Origin: an uncultured Erysipelotrichaceae bacterium | GTDB lineage: Bacteria; Bacillota_I; Bacilli_A; RFN20; CAG-826 | DNA: 64,000 bases | Direction of reading: 5' to 3' | Assembly (NCBI GenBank): GCA_902800645.1 | Contig: CADCFC010000001.1 | Coordinates: forward strand, 122,907 to 186,906 | In this document: piece by piece, positions 1-9,682 of the stretch | Layout: the number at the start of each line of letters is the position of its first letter | Position numbering within the stretch: position 1 is the first letter of the stretch | The notes under the pieces: generated by a model | Databases searched by the model: none | What the model was told of the DNA's origin: nothing | Seen by the model: only the letters and a program-made list of their open reading frames with translations | Translations under genes and position numbers: made by a program

Positions 1-584
1 TCGATAAAGCACATATTAATTATGATAAGAGTGAAGATCGTCACTTCGACCATTTAAGCGCCTTAATGAAGTCGCTAAGAGGTAGTGATCCAGACGCCGC
101 AATTTTCTATTTAACAAAGATGCTTGAAGCAGGAGATATTATCTCTGTTTGTCGTAGATTATTATGCTCAGTTAATGAGGATGTAGGTCTTGCTTATCCT
201 TCTTTAATTCCAATTGTTAAATCATGTGTTGATATTGCCCTACAATTAGGATTACCAGAAGCTAAGCTTCCACTTAGTAACGCTGTTATTTTAATCGCTA
301 CAGCTCCTAAAAGTAATTCTGCTTATTTAGCGTATAACAAAGCGCTTGAAGATATTCATATGGGCAAAGGAATTTCTATTCCTCGTCATTTGCAAAACAC
401 TCATTACGACGGCAAAGATGATTTAGAAAAAGGACAAAACTATAAATATCCTCACGATTATAAAAATCACTATGTTAAACAACAATATCTACCAGATGAT
501 ATTAAAGACGCTCATTATTATGTTTATGGAAATAATAAGTTAGAACAAGCTAGCAAAGAATATTGGGATAAAATTAAGAAATAA
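1..584 (+). CDS. rarA: Replication-associated recombination protein A (RarA/MgsA), C-terminal part; the 5' end lies upstream of the window
   Basis: The frame is open from nt 3. The translation (...DKAHINYDKSEDRHFDHLSALMKSLRGSDPDAAIFYLTKMLEAGD...) matches the conserved MgsA C-terminal block (SMRGSDPDAA..Y.L.RML..GED). Confidence 0.75.
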   Translation, partial: DKAHINYDKSEDRHFDHLSALMKSLRGSDPDAAIFYLTKMLEAGDIISVCRRLLCSVNEDVGLAYPSLIPIVKSCVDIALQLGLPEAKLPLSNAVILIATAPKSNSAYLAYNKALEDIHMGKGISIPRHLQNTHYDGKDDLEKGQNYKYPHDYKNHYVKQQYLPDDIKDAHYYVYGNNKLEQASKEYWDKIKK

Positions 585-587
585 TTT

Positions 588-1493
588 ATGGATTCATTAA
601 AAACTTTAATTGATCAGAAAAAATATGATTTAGTGATTAAACTAACTGAAGGAAGCGAAACCGCTAATGATCTTTTTTATCGCATTTCAGCCTTTATATA
701 TTTAGGTAAATATGAAGATGCTTTATATATTATCCAAGATCATCAAAAAGTTTTAGAGACTAATTTAGTCAGTTTAATAAACGCTCACATCAATCTTCTC
801 TGTGTCCTTGGTCGATTTGATCAAGCCTATACAGCTTTAGATTATTACTCTAACCTACCTTATCAAAGCCAAGTAGTAGAAGAATTATTAAGAAGCATGC
901 CTGAAGTTATCGCTTTAGAAGAAAAGAAACAAAACACTGTTAGATATTACGATGACGAGCAAATTGAGAAATACCTTAAGAGTGATAAATTTGAAGAGGT
1001 TCTAATCGGATTAGACACAATTAGAAATAGAGACATTCTTTCATTTTTACCAATTCTTCAAGATATTTTATTGAACAATCCTCGTCAGATGATTAGAAGC
1101 TATACTTTAATGCTTCTTGTTCAAAAAGAAGTTGATAGAGAGCTTAAAATGAAAAGTGTTAATGAAATTATTGATGTTAACCCAAAACACTTAAATGCTC
1201 CATTTACTAGTGTTTTATTCAATGAAACTGTGAGATTAATTGATCAAGATTTTAAAGATCCATCATTATCTCAATCTGCAACACAGCTACTTTCTGAATA
1301 CGAGATGTATTTATATCCTCGTTCAATTCATCACGCACCGAAGGATTTATGTGCCGCCTTATATATAATTTCAAGAAAATACGCTAATAATCCTGTTCCA
1401 AATATCAAACAATATTATGATGCAATGGATCTAAATGAAAAGACCATCAACTCATTGATAATTGAAATTGAAGATATCCTTTCAAAGCTATAA
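588..1493 (+). CDS. Hypothetical alpha-helical protein of 301 aa, function unknown
   Basis: Long ORF that fills the gap between rarA and tig with the same coding strand and codon usage as its neighbours. No recognisable catalytic motif. Confidence 0.5.
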   Translation: MDSLKTLIDQKKYDLVIKLTEGSETANDLFYRISAFIYLGKYEDALYIIQDHQKVLETNLVSLINAHINLLCVLGRFDQAYTALDYYSNLPYQSQVVEELLRSMPEVIALEEKKQNTVRYYDDEQIEKYLKSDKFEEVLIGLDTIRNRDILSFLPILQDILLNNPRQMIRSYTLMLLVQKEVDRELKMKSVNEIIDVNPKHLNAPFTSVLFNETVRLIDQDFKDPSLSQSATQLLSEYEMYLYPRSIHHAPKDLCAALYIISRKYANNPVPNIKQYYDAMDLNEKTINSLIIEIEDILSKL

Positions 1494-1494
1494 A

Positions 1495-1525
1495 TTCAGG
1501 GTTCGTTCCTGAATTTTTTGTTTTT
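1495..1525 (+). terminator. Rho-independent terminator after the hypothetical gene
   Basis: Hairpin TTCAGG-gttcgtt-CCTGAA followed by TTTTTTgTTTTT. Confidence 0.7.
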
Positions 1526-1623
1526 AAACAATAAATTTTAAGTTTAAGTGCATTTCAATTGCCTTAAATCTAGATTTAATATATACTTTTTTTCGCATGT
1601 AAACATATTAAAGGAGAATTCTC

Positions 1624-2898
1624 ATGAAAATTACATTCAAAGAATTAGAAGCGTGTCATACACAAGTTGATGTTGTTATTGACGAAGCAAAATGGAAAGC
1701 TGCTCAAGAAGCCACTTTAAAGAAACTCATTAAAGATGTCCAAGTTGATGGCTTTAGAAAAGGCAAAGTCCCAGAAGAAATCGCCAAAAAACACGTCGAC
1801 CAAGGAAGATTACTCGATGATGCGATTAATTCATTATTACCAGAAGCTTATAAAGAAGCTTTAGAAAAAGGAAAACTTCAACCATACGCTCAACCGAAGG
1901 TTGATGTCACAAAATTAAGCGACACAAACCTCGAAGTTAGATTTATTGTTGTCACTGGACCAAAAGTGGAACTCGGACAATATAAAGGTTTAGAACTTGG
2001 TAAAAAAGCCGCAAAAGTAACTGCTAAAGAAGTCGAAGACGCTATTGAAGAACTTAGAAAAGCAAACGCTACCTTAGTTTTAAAAGAAGGTGCTGCTGAA
2101 AAAGGTGATACAGTTGTTATGGACTTCGTCGGTTCAGTCAACGGTGAAAAGTTTGAAGGCGGAAGCGCTCAAAATTATGAATTAGAACTTGGTAGTGGTT
2201 CATTCATTCCAGGATTTGAAGATCAATTAATTGGCGTTAAAGCTGAAGAACATCGTGATGTCAAAGTCAAATTCCCAGAACAATACACTCCAGAACTTGC
2301 AAATAAAGATGCAGTCTTTGCTTGCGATGTTCACGAAGTGAAAACCAAGAAATTACCAGAACTCGCTGATGAATTTGTTAAAGATTTAGCAATTAAAGGC
2401 GTAGAAACAGTTGAAGCTCTTAAAGAAAATAAAAAGGCTGAACTTCTTAATAAAAAAGAAGCCGAAGCCAAAAAAGAATATTTAACAAAGTTATACGCTG
2501 AAATCGCTAAGAGCAGCAAGATCGAAATCCCACAAGAAATGATTGATGAACAAGCTGAATCCATGAAAAAAGACATGGAAAACAGAATGAAACAATCCGG
2601 ATTAACTCTTGAACAATATTTACAATTCACTGGCGACACCGAAGAAAACTTTGTTAACAAGTTAAAAGTCGATGCAAAGAAAGATATTACCAATTACTTC
2701 ATCTTAGAAAAAGTTGGTGAAATCGAAAAACTTGAATTAAGCGATGCGGATGTTGAAAATGAATATGAAAAACTCGCAAAAGAATATCAAATGAAAGTTG
2801 AAGACGTGAAGAAAGCTCTTTCTGCTCAACTCGATCAATTCAAGCACAACCTTCGCATGACAAGAGTCGAAGAAAAATTAATTGAATTAAATAAATAA
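1624..2898 (+). CDS. tig: Trigger factor (ribosome-associated chaperone/PPIase)
   Basis: 424 aa. The N-terminal ribosome-binding region (FRKGKVP) and the central FKBP-like domain are recognisable. SD GGAGA lies upstream. Confidence 0.9.
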   Translation: MKITFKELEACHTQVDVVIDEAKWKAAQEATLKKLIKDVQVDGFRKGKVPEEIAKKHVDQGRLLDDAINSLLPEAYKEALEKGKLQPYAQPKVDVTKLSDTNLEVRFIVVTGPKVELGQYKGLELGKKAAKVTAKEVEDAIEELRKANATLVLKEGAAEKGDTVVMDFVGSVNGEKFEGGSAQNYELELGSGSFIPGFEDQLIGVKAEEHRDVKVKFPEQYTPELANKDAVFACDVHEVKTKKLPELADEFVKDLAIKGVETVEALKENKKAELLNKKEAEAKKEYLTKLYAEIAKSSKIEIPQEMIDEQAESMKKDMENRMKQSGLTLEQYLQFTGDTEENFVNKLKVDAKKDITNYFILEKVGEIEKLELSDADVENEYEKLAKEYQMKVEDVKKALSAQLDQFKHNLRMTRVEEKLIELNK

Positions 2899-2927
2899 TT
2901 ATTTAAAGTCTACAAGGAGGTAAATGT

Positions 2928-5258
2928 ATGGCTGAAAACCCATCATCCTTAACCTTGCCACTTCTTATCACTAAGGGTTTAATTTTATTCCCTAAAAATA
3001 CAAGACTTATTGACGCTGGTAGAGATTTCTCTATCAACGCCATTAAGGTTAGTAAAGAAAAAACTGATTCTTTAATCTTAATTAGCAGTCAAAAAGATAG
3101 TGATATAGAAAACCCAACCGCCGAAGATGTCTTTGCTGTTGGTGTACTTGCAAGAATTGTCTCAATTTCTGAAAGAGAAAAACGCATTAGAGCCAGAGTT
3201 GAAGTCATTGATAGAGTGGAATTATCTAATATCGCTCTAGATAACGATGACAAATGCTTTGCAGCAAATGCGGTTTTACTCAATCCAATTGATGTCGATG
3301 ATAAAAGCAGTGAGGCAGTTGTTAATGCAATCAATCACGAGCTTGAAAAATATCCATCAATTATTTCTCGATTGCCAAAAAACATCATTACTTTATGTGG
3401 CGATAAACACGCTGCACTCGAACTTTGCTATGCAATGGCGGGTTATTTTGATGCATCAATTGAGAACAAACAAAAATTATTAGAGACAAACGATTTCATT
3501 TCTTTAGCAGAGACTGTCACTGGTTTTATCAGTGGAGAAAACACCAAAGAAGAAATCGAAAAGAATATTTCTGAAACTGTAAGAGAAAATGCTGAAAAAT
3601 CTCAAAAAGAATATTTCTTAAGAGAAAAGCTTAAAGCGATTAAAAAAGAACTTGGAGAAGATGTTGGCGGAAATAATGATCCTGACCAAATCTTAGCAAA
3701 GCTCGATAAATTCCCTTATCCAGAAAATATTAAAGCAAAAGTAAGATCGGAAATTAAAAAATACGAAATGATGCCTCAAGGTTCTCTTGAAGCTGCTTTA
3801 ATCCTCTCTTATTTAGACGTTATTATGTCTATTCCTTGGTGGCAAAAAACCGAAGACAATAACGATTTAAAAAATGTCGAAGATATTTTAAACGAAGATC
3901 ATTACGGCTTAGACAATCCTAAAAAGAGAATTGTTGAATATTTAGCAGTTAAAAAATTAACTGGAAATTTAAAAAGCCCAATTCTTTGCTTTTATGGTCC
4001 ACCAGGAACTGGTAAAACTTCTTTAGGAAAATCAATCGCTAGAGCCCTTGGAAGAAAATTCTTCAAATGCTCTTTAGGCGGTATTTCTGATGAAGCTGAA
4101 ATTAGAGGTCATAGAAGAACTTATGTTGGTTCATTGCCAGGAAGAATTATTCAAGGCATGAGAAAAGCAGGAGTCAGCAATCCTGTCTTCCTTCTTGATG
4201 AAGTCGATAAATTAGCGTCCTCCTATAAAGGAGATCCTGCTAGTGCGCTCCTTGAAGTTTTAGATCCAGAACAAAACTTTATCTTTAATGATAACTATGT
4301 TGAAGAACCATATGACTTAAGTGATGTTTTATTCATCTGTACCGCTAACTATTTAGAGAATATTCCTGGGCCTCTTAGAGATCGTTTGGAATTAATCCAG
4401 CTTAATAGCTATACAGAAATTGAAAAAAAGCACATTGCCTTTGAACATTTAATCAAAAAGCAAATCGCTCTTAATGGTTTAAAAGAAGAAAACGTTACCT
4501 TTACTGAAAAGGCAATCGAATACATTCTTCATTATTACACTAGAGAAGCTGGTGTACGTGACCTTGAAAGAAAGATTGCTTCTTGTTTAAGAAAAGTTGC
4601 AGTTGCAGTGGTCAAAGACCCTTCAATTACTCATATTGAAATTGACGAGAAGAAGGTTAGAGAATACTTAGGTATTGAAATCTTTGATTACTCCAAAAAA
4701 GACAAAGAAAAACAAGTTGGAGTTATCACCGGACTTGCATATACAGAATATGGAGGAGATATTCTCCCTATTGAAGTCACTTATTTTAAAGGCAAAGGTG
4801 GACTTATACTTACCGGTAAATTAGGTGAAGTAATGAAAGAGAGTGCGACTATTGCTCTTGACTATGTCAAGGCAAACGCAGAAAAATATAAGATTGATCC
4901 ATCAATTTTCTTAGAAAATGATATTCATGTTCACGTTCCAGAAGGAGCAGTACCAAAAGATGGACCAAGCGCTGGAGTTGCAATGACTTTAGCGATTATC
5001 TCTGCATTAAGCAAAACTCCTGTTTCTCCTGACATTGCTTTAACTGGTGAAGTTACTCTTAGAGGTAACGCTTTACCAATTGGTGGGTTAAGAGAAAAAT
5101 CATTAGCTGCAACTAGAAGTGGCTTAAAAGAAATCATCGTTCCAAAAGACAACAAGAAGGATGTTGATGAGCTTCCAAAAGAAGTAAAGAAAGCTCTTAA
5201 AATCCATTATATGTCAAGTGTTGACGATGCTTATAAAATCGTATTTGGAGAAAATTAG
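2928..5258 (+). CDS. lon: ATP-dependent Lon protease (LonA)
   Basis: 776 aa with an N-terminal LON domain, Walker A GPPGTGKTS, and a protease domain with the catalytic Ser in PKDGPSAGVAM. Strong SD AAGGAGG. Confidence 0.95.
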   Translation: MAENPSSLTLPLLITKGLILFPKNTRLIDAGRDFSINAIKVSKEKTDSLILISSQKDSDIENPTAEDVFAVGVLARIVSISEREKRIRARVEVIDRVELSNIALDNDDKCFAANAVLLNPIDVDDKSSEAVVNAINHELEKYPSIISRLPKNIITLCGDKHAALELCYAMAGYFDASIENKQKLLETNDFISLAETVTGFISGENTKEEIEKNISETVRENAEKSQKEYFLREKLKAIKKELGEDVGGNNDPDQILAKLDKFPYPENIKAKVRSEIKKYEMMPQGSLEAALILSYLDVIMSIPWWQKTEDNNDLKNVEDILNEDHYGLDNPKKRIVEYLAVKKLTGNLKSPILCFYGPPGTGKTSLGKSIARALGRKFFKCSLGGISDEAEIRGHRRTYVGSLPGRIIQGMRKAGVSNPVFLLDEVDKLASSYKGDPASALLEVLDPEQNFIFNDNYVEEPYDLSDVLFICTANYLENIPGPLRDRLELIQLNSYTEIEKKHIAFEHLIKKQIALNGLKEENVTFTEKAIEYILHYYTREAGVRDLERKIASCLRKVAVAVVKDPSITHIEIDEKKVREYLGIEIFDYSKKDKEKQVGVITGLAYTEYGGDILPIEVTYFKGKGGLILTGKLGEVMKESATIALDYVKANAEKYKIDPSIFLENDIHVHVPEGAVPKDGPSAGVAMTLAIISALSKTPVSPDIALTGEVTLRGNALPIGGLREKSLAATRSGLKEIIVPKDNKKDVDELPKEVKKALKIHYMSSVDDAYKIVFGEN

Positions 5259-5830
5259 TGATTAATTTTAATAACACTAAATTTATTAAAAGCGCTCCGA
5301 GTTTGAGTGATGCACCTCAGGGTCAATTCCCTGAGGTTTTACTCGTCGGAAAATCTAATGTTGGAAAATCCTCATTAATCAATGCTTTATGCAATAAAAA
5401 GGCTTTAGCCTTTACAAGTAGTAAACCAGGTCATACACGTCTACTTAATTATTATAATGTCGATGACAAACTATATTTAGTCGATGCTCCTGGATATGGC
5501 TACGCTAAAGGCGGGTTTGATCTCGACAAACTCTTCGGAGAGATGATGGAAGATTATTTCTCTAAGGTTACTCGTCTTAAAATAGTGTTGGTGCTTCTTG
5601 ATTCTCGAAGAGAACTATCAGAAGACGATTTAGAAATAATTGATTACTTAAAAGCTCATAATTTCAATCATGCTTTAGTGTTTACTAAGGTTGATAAAAT
5701 TAATCAAAGCGAAAAACATAAGTTATTAGTTGAACTTAAGAAGCATAATGTTAGTGAAAGTGAATGCCTATTTACTTCAACTTTAAAACCAAGAACTTTT
5801 GATGATTTAAGAGATCTTTTAATGAAATAG
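5258..5830 (+). CDS. engB: Ribosome biogenesis GTPase YihA/EngB (YsxC)
   Basis: G1 motif GKSNVGKSSLINAL. GTG start overlaps the lon stop (TAGTG). The tig-lon-ysxC order matches Bacillus. Confidence 0.85.
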   Translation: MINFNNTKFIKSAPSLSDAPQGQFPEVLLVGKSNVGKSSLINALCNKKALAFTSSKPGHTRLLNYYNVDDKLYLVDAPGYGYAKGGFDLDKLFGEMMEDYFSKVTRLKIVLVLLDSRRELSEDDLEIIDYLKAHNFNHALVFTKVDKINQSEKHKLLVELKKHNVSESECLFTSTLKPRTFDDLRDLLMK

Positions 5831-5839
5831 GAGAATGAT

Positions 5840-6436
5840 ATGGCTTTAATCAAATGTCCTGAATGCGGAAAAGAGATTAGCAGTGTAGCAGAAAGTTGCC
5901 CTCACTGTGGTTATCCAATCCAAAGAAAGATAAAAGAAGAAACAAAAGCAGAAGCTACAAATACTGAACCAGTTAATCCTGAGTGGATTAATATTTGGAA
6001 AAATAAAAAAAGAAACACAATTATTGGTTGGTTTATTGCTACTGCTGTTTTGCTGGTCTCTTTTATCGTTTTTATTATTTTATTAAATAATGATGTCGAA
6101 ACATACCTATGGGGCTATGTTTATCATAAAACAGGGTGGGAGATGGCTACTTATTTATCTGGTATTCTCGCCTTTTTTTCTTTATTAATGTCCATTCTAC
6201 TAATATTTATTATTAAAGTCAGAGTAAGACAATATAACGGATATAACGTTTTAGTCTATGCTGGATTTAAAAACTTTTTAGTTATTGAAAATCAAGTGCA
6301 TGATTCTGGAATAATGAATAGATATTTATACGGCCAATTGCCAAATAAAAAGCAAGTTTGGACGTCTATATCTATTTGGGATAATTCCATTAAACTCGGT
6401 ATTGGTGCTGAGGGAGATGAAAAGCAAATTTTGTAA
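5840..6436 (+). CDS. Zinc-ribbon membrane protein (N-terminal CPxCG zinc ribbon plus about 4 TM helices), function unknown
   Basis: CPECG...CPHCG motif at the N-terminus, hydrophobic helices downstream, and an SD GGAGAA. Confidence 0.55.
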   Translation: MALIKCPECGKEISSVAESCPHCGYPIQRKIKEETKAEATNTEPVNPEWINIWKNKKRNTIIGWFIATAVLLVSFIVFIILLNNDVETYLWGYVYHKTGWEMATYLSGILAFFSLLMSILLIFIIKVRVRQYNGYNVLVYAGFKNFLVIENQVHDSGIMNRYLYGQLPNKKQVWTSISIWDNSIKLGIGAEGDEKQIL

Positions 6437-6454
6437 CATCTAAAAAGCTTATTG

Positions 6455-6682
6455 CTAAAAATCATCTATATTTATATAATAAATTCGTTCGTTGAAATAG
6501 AGGAGTAGTGTAGAGACTACTATTAGAGAGTTAGGGATGGTGGAAGCCTAACAGCAAGTCTACATGAAGGTCGCTATGGAGAACATAAATTAATAAGTGC
6601 TAATGGAGAAATTCTATTAGAACTAAGGTGGTACCACGTTAAATGCGTCCTTAGAAATAAGGGCGTTTTATTTTTAGGAGGT
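6455..6682 (+). promoter_or_regulatory. T-box riboswitch leader of valS
   Basis: Conserved T-box sequence AACTAAGGTGGTACCACG at 6621-6638. It is followed by a terminator hairpin GCGTCCTTA-gaaa-TAAGGGCG plus a T-run (6645-6675), immediately upstream of the valS SD. AGAGA-type stem I elements appear earlier in the leader. Confidence 0.75.
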
Positions 6683-6686
6683 CAAT

Positions 6687-9281
6687 ATGTTAGAAAAAAG
6701 ATATTCCCCACATGATGTTGAAAAAGGAAAATATGAAAAATGGAAGGAAAGCGGTTACTTTACTGCTGGAGATAAATCTAAGAACCCTTTTTCTATGGTT
6801 ATTCCTCCACCAAACGTTACCGGTAAATTACATTTAGGTCACGCTTGGAATACGACAATTCAAGATATCATTGCAAGATATAAAAAGATGCAAGGATATG
6901 ATGTTTTATGGCTTCCTGGAATGGATCACGCTGGTATTGCTACACAAGCTAAAGTTATGCAAAAACTCGTGAGCATGGGAATTGATGTCACTAAGATTAC
7001 CCGTGAAGAATTCCTGAAATACGCATGGGAATGGAAGAGTGAATATGCAAATAACATTCATGAGCAATGGTCCAAAATGGGATTAATGCTTGATTACACT
7101 CGTGAAAGATTCACTTTAGATGAAGGACTTAATCTCGCAGTGAGAAAAGTTTTCGTTGATTTATATAATAAAGGACTCATTTATCAAGGCGAAAGAATCA
7201 TTTCTTGGGATCCAGTTCAGCAAACTGCTTTAAGTAATATTGAAGTCATTCACCAAGATGATGAAGGTTATATGTATTACTTCAAATATCACATTGTCGG
7301 TAGCGATGATTATTTAGAAGTTGCAACGACTAGACCTGAAACAATGTTTGGAGATGTCTGCGTTGTTATTAACCCAAAAGATGAAAAATATAAAAAATAT
7401 CATAATAAAGATATTAAGGTTATTAATCCTGCTAATGGAGAAGCCATCCCTCTCATCGAAGATGAATACGTTGAAATTGGCTTTGGAACTGGAGCGATGA
7501 AATGTACTCCTGCTCACGATCCAAACGACTTTGTAATCGGTAAAAAATATGGTTTAGAAATGCCAATCATCTTTAACAAGGATGCCACAATGAATGAAAA
7601 ATGCGGTAAATACAAAGGTATGGACCGTTTTGCTTGTCGTGAAGCTCTATTAAAAGACATTGATAGTCGTGGTGATTTCATCAAGCAAGAAAAGATTATC
7701 CACGCGGTTGGTCACTCTCAAAGAAACAACTGCGTTGTTGAACCAATGCTATCCAAACAATGGTTTGTAAAAATGAAACCATTAGCATTAGAAGCAATAA
7801 AGAATCAAGAAGGGAATGACAAAGTCAATTTCGTTCCTCAAAGATTCGAGAACACCTTCTTACAGTGGATGAATAATATTGAAGACTGGTGCATCTCTCG
7901 TCAACTTTGGTGGGGTCATAGAATTCCTGCCTATTACCGTAAGGTAACAGGAGAAGTTGTGGTATCAATGGACCCTCCAAAAGATATCGAAAATTACGAA
8001 CAAGATAGCGATGTACTTGATACTTGGTTCTCTAGTGGGCTTTGGCCGTTTTCAACTCTAGGTTGGCCAGAAAAAACTGAAGATCTTAACCGCTATTTCC
8101 CAACTAGCTGTTTAGTTACAGCGTATGACATTATTTTCTTCTGGGTTAGTAGAATGATATTCCAATCTTTAAATGTCACCAAGAAATCTCCATTCAATGA
8201 TTGTGTGATTCACGGTTTAGTTCGTGATGAATTAGGCAGAAAAATGTCTAAATCTCTTGGCAATGGTGTCGATCCACTCGACGTTATTGATAAATACGGT
8301 GTTGACGCTTTGAGATATTTCTTAACGACTAATAGCACTCCAGGCCAAGACATGCGTTACTCTGATGAAAAAGTTCAAAGTAGTGCAAATTATTTAAATA
8401 AAATATGGAATAGTGCGCGTTATGTATTAAGCGTAATACCTGAAGGATTTTCCGAAGTTAAATTAGATACTTCTAATTTGTCTGAACTTGATAGGTGGTT
8501 ACTTAATCGCTTAATGCTCACAATAAATAATGTTCAAATGAACATGGATAAATATGATTTTAATGCGGCGAGTAGTCATTTATACAACTTTGTTTATGAT
8601 GATTTTTGCTCTCAATATCTTGAAATGAGCAAGGTCAAATTAAATGGAAATGATAAAAAAGCAAGCGAAGTTACTAGAACTGTTTTATTAAAAACACTTA
8701 AGACTATCATTCTTCTTATTTATCCTTACACTCCATTTATTGCGGAAGAGTTATATCAAAACTTGCCATCTCACCTCGATAGTGTAATGCTTGAGAGCTA
8801 TCCAAAAGTTGAAAAAGAATATCTTAATAATAGCGCTGATAAGGAAATTGAACTTCTTTTCTCAATGATTAAAGAAGTCAGAAATTATAAAATTTCTAAT
8901 CAATTATCTCCAAGCGCACCTCTTGGTATTTCAATTTCTTTAAAAACCCCTGTTAGCAGTGATTTCTTAACTTATTTGAATAGATTTACCTTCTCTAATG
9001 TAAGCGTCGTAGAAGATATCTCTACTCTTCAAGGAGAGCTATATTCATTCGCTTTTGGTTCTTTAATTATTACTAGTGGAGTTAATAAAGAAGAAATAAG
9101 AGCTAAATTAGAAAAGGACATCGCTTTTGAAAGAAGTGAAATTGAACGTGGAGAAAGGATGCTCAACAATCCTAACTTTATCGCTAAAGCTCCAAAAGAA
9201 AAGATCGATAATGAAAAAGCAAAATTAGCTCTTCATCAAGAGAACTTAGCAGAGTTAATGAGCAAACTTAAAAAAATTTAA
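6687..9281 (+). CDS. valS: Valyl-tRNA synthetase
   Basis: 864 aa with HIGH motif (PNVTGKLHLGHAW), KMSKS motif (KMSKSLGN) and a C-terminal coiled coil. Confidence 0.95.
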   Translation: MLEKRYSPHDVEKGKYEKWKESGYFTAGDKSKNPFSMVIPPPNVTGKLHLGHAWNTTIQDIIARYKKMQGYDVLWLPGMDHAGIATQAKVMQKLVSMGIDVTKITREEFLKYAWEWKSEYANNIHEQWSKMGLMLDYTRERFTLDEGLNLAVRKVFVDLYNKGLIYQGERIISWDPVQQTALSNIEVIHQDDEGYMYYFKYHIVGSDDYLEVATTRPETMFGDVCVVINPKDEKYKKYHNKDIKVINPANGEAIPLIEDEYVEIGFGTGAMKCTPAHDPNDFVIGKKYGLEMPIIFNKDATMNEKCGKYKGMDRFACREALLKDIDSRGDFIKQEKIIHAVGHSQRNNCVVEPMLSKQWFVKMKPLALEAIKNQEGNDKVNFVPQRFENTFLQWMNNIEDWCISRQLWWGHRIPAYYRKVTGEVVVSMDPPKDIENYEQDSDVLDTWFSSGLWPFSTLGWPEKTEDLNRYFPTSCLVTAYDIIFFWVSRMIFQSLNVTKKSPFNDCVIHGLVRDELGRKMSKSLGNGVDPLDVIDKYGVDALRYFLTTNSTPGQDMRYSDEKVQSSANYLNKIWNSARYVLSVIPEGFSEVKLDTSNLSELDRWLLNRLMLTINNVQMNMDKYDFNAASSHLYNFVYDDFCSQYLEMSKVKLNGNDKKASEVTRTVLLKTLKTIILLIYPYTPFIAEELYQNLPSHLDSVMLESYPKVEKEYLNNSADKEIELLFSMIKEVRNYKISNQLSPSAPLGISISLKTPVSSDFLTYLNRFTFSNVSVVEDISTLQGELYSFAFGSLIITSGVNKEEIRAKLEKDIAFERSEIERGERMLNNPNFIAKAPKEKIDNEKAKLALHQENLAELMSKLKKI

Positions 9282-9298
9282 TAATTTTTAAATATAAC

Positions 9299-9322
9299 GA
9301 CCATCTATTGATGGTCTTTTTT
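9299..9322 (+). terminator. Rho-independent terminator of valS
   Basis: GACCATC-tatt-GATGGTC followed by TTTTTT. Confidence 0.75.
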
Positions 9323-9384
9323 ATTAATGGAAAAAACTAAAAATATTTTGTGAACTTTTTTCGTTTTCGACCCTATTTAATTAG

Positions 9385-9494
9385 TGAGGGGGCAAAATAA
9401 GGACTTCTCTCCTTTCTTAGCTCATAACTTATTTCCCAAAATCCCAAAACAATCACAGAAAAGTCACAAATTCTATCCTCGCCCCCTCAGGAGG
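9385..9494 (+). promoter_or_regulatory. Candidate structured 5' leader: 9-bp GC-rich long-range stem enclosing a hairpin and an A/C-rich tract, ending at the SD
   Basis: TGAGGGGGC (9385-9393) is the exact reverse complement of GCCCCCTCA (9481-9489). An internal hairpin AAGGA-cttctc-TCCTT is present. The CUCCUUUCU tract is complementary to the SD AGGAGG at 9489-9494. Confidence 0.3.
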
Positions 9495-9499
9495 TTTCT

Positions 9500-9682
9500 A
9501 TGAATTACGAATTATTAAATGAAGAAGAACTTCGTAGTGAAGTTAGTGGTGCCGCATTTTCTTTAACAGCGGTAATGGCGGTATTAGCAAGCGCAGTTAT
9601 TGCGGTTATAATTTACAAATTATTCCTATCTAAAAAGGGAACAGCAAGTATCCCTGGCGGATGGAAGTTCACTTGGAATTAA
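9500..9682 (+). CDS. Small (60 aa) single-pass membrane protein, translationally coupled to radC
   Basis: Strong SD AGGAGG placed 6 nt upstream of the ATG, a hydrophobic core AAFSLTAVMAVLASAVIAVIIYKLFL, and a TAATG stop/start overlap with radC. Confidence 0.45.
   Translation: MNYELLNEEELRSEVSGAAFSLTAVMAVLASAVIAVIIYKLFLSKKGTASIPGGWKFTWN

Noticed and set aside
1890-2693. Minus-strand ORFs (83 and 120 aa) inside tig, and similar antisense ORFs inside lon (3089-3334), valS (7314-7517), obg, aspS (24125-24535), tkt, dxs, parC, dnaK and others
   Set aside because: They lie entirely inside strongly supported genes on the opposite strand. They have no SD and low-complexity composition, as is typical of spurious antisense frames in AT-rich coding DNA.
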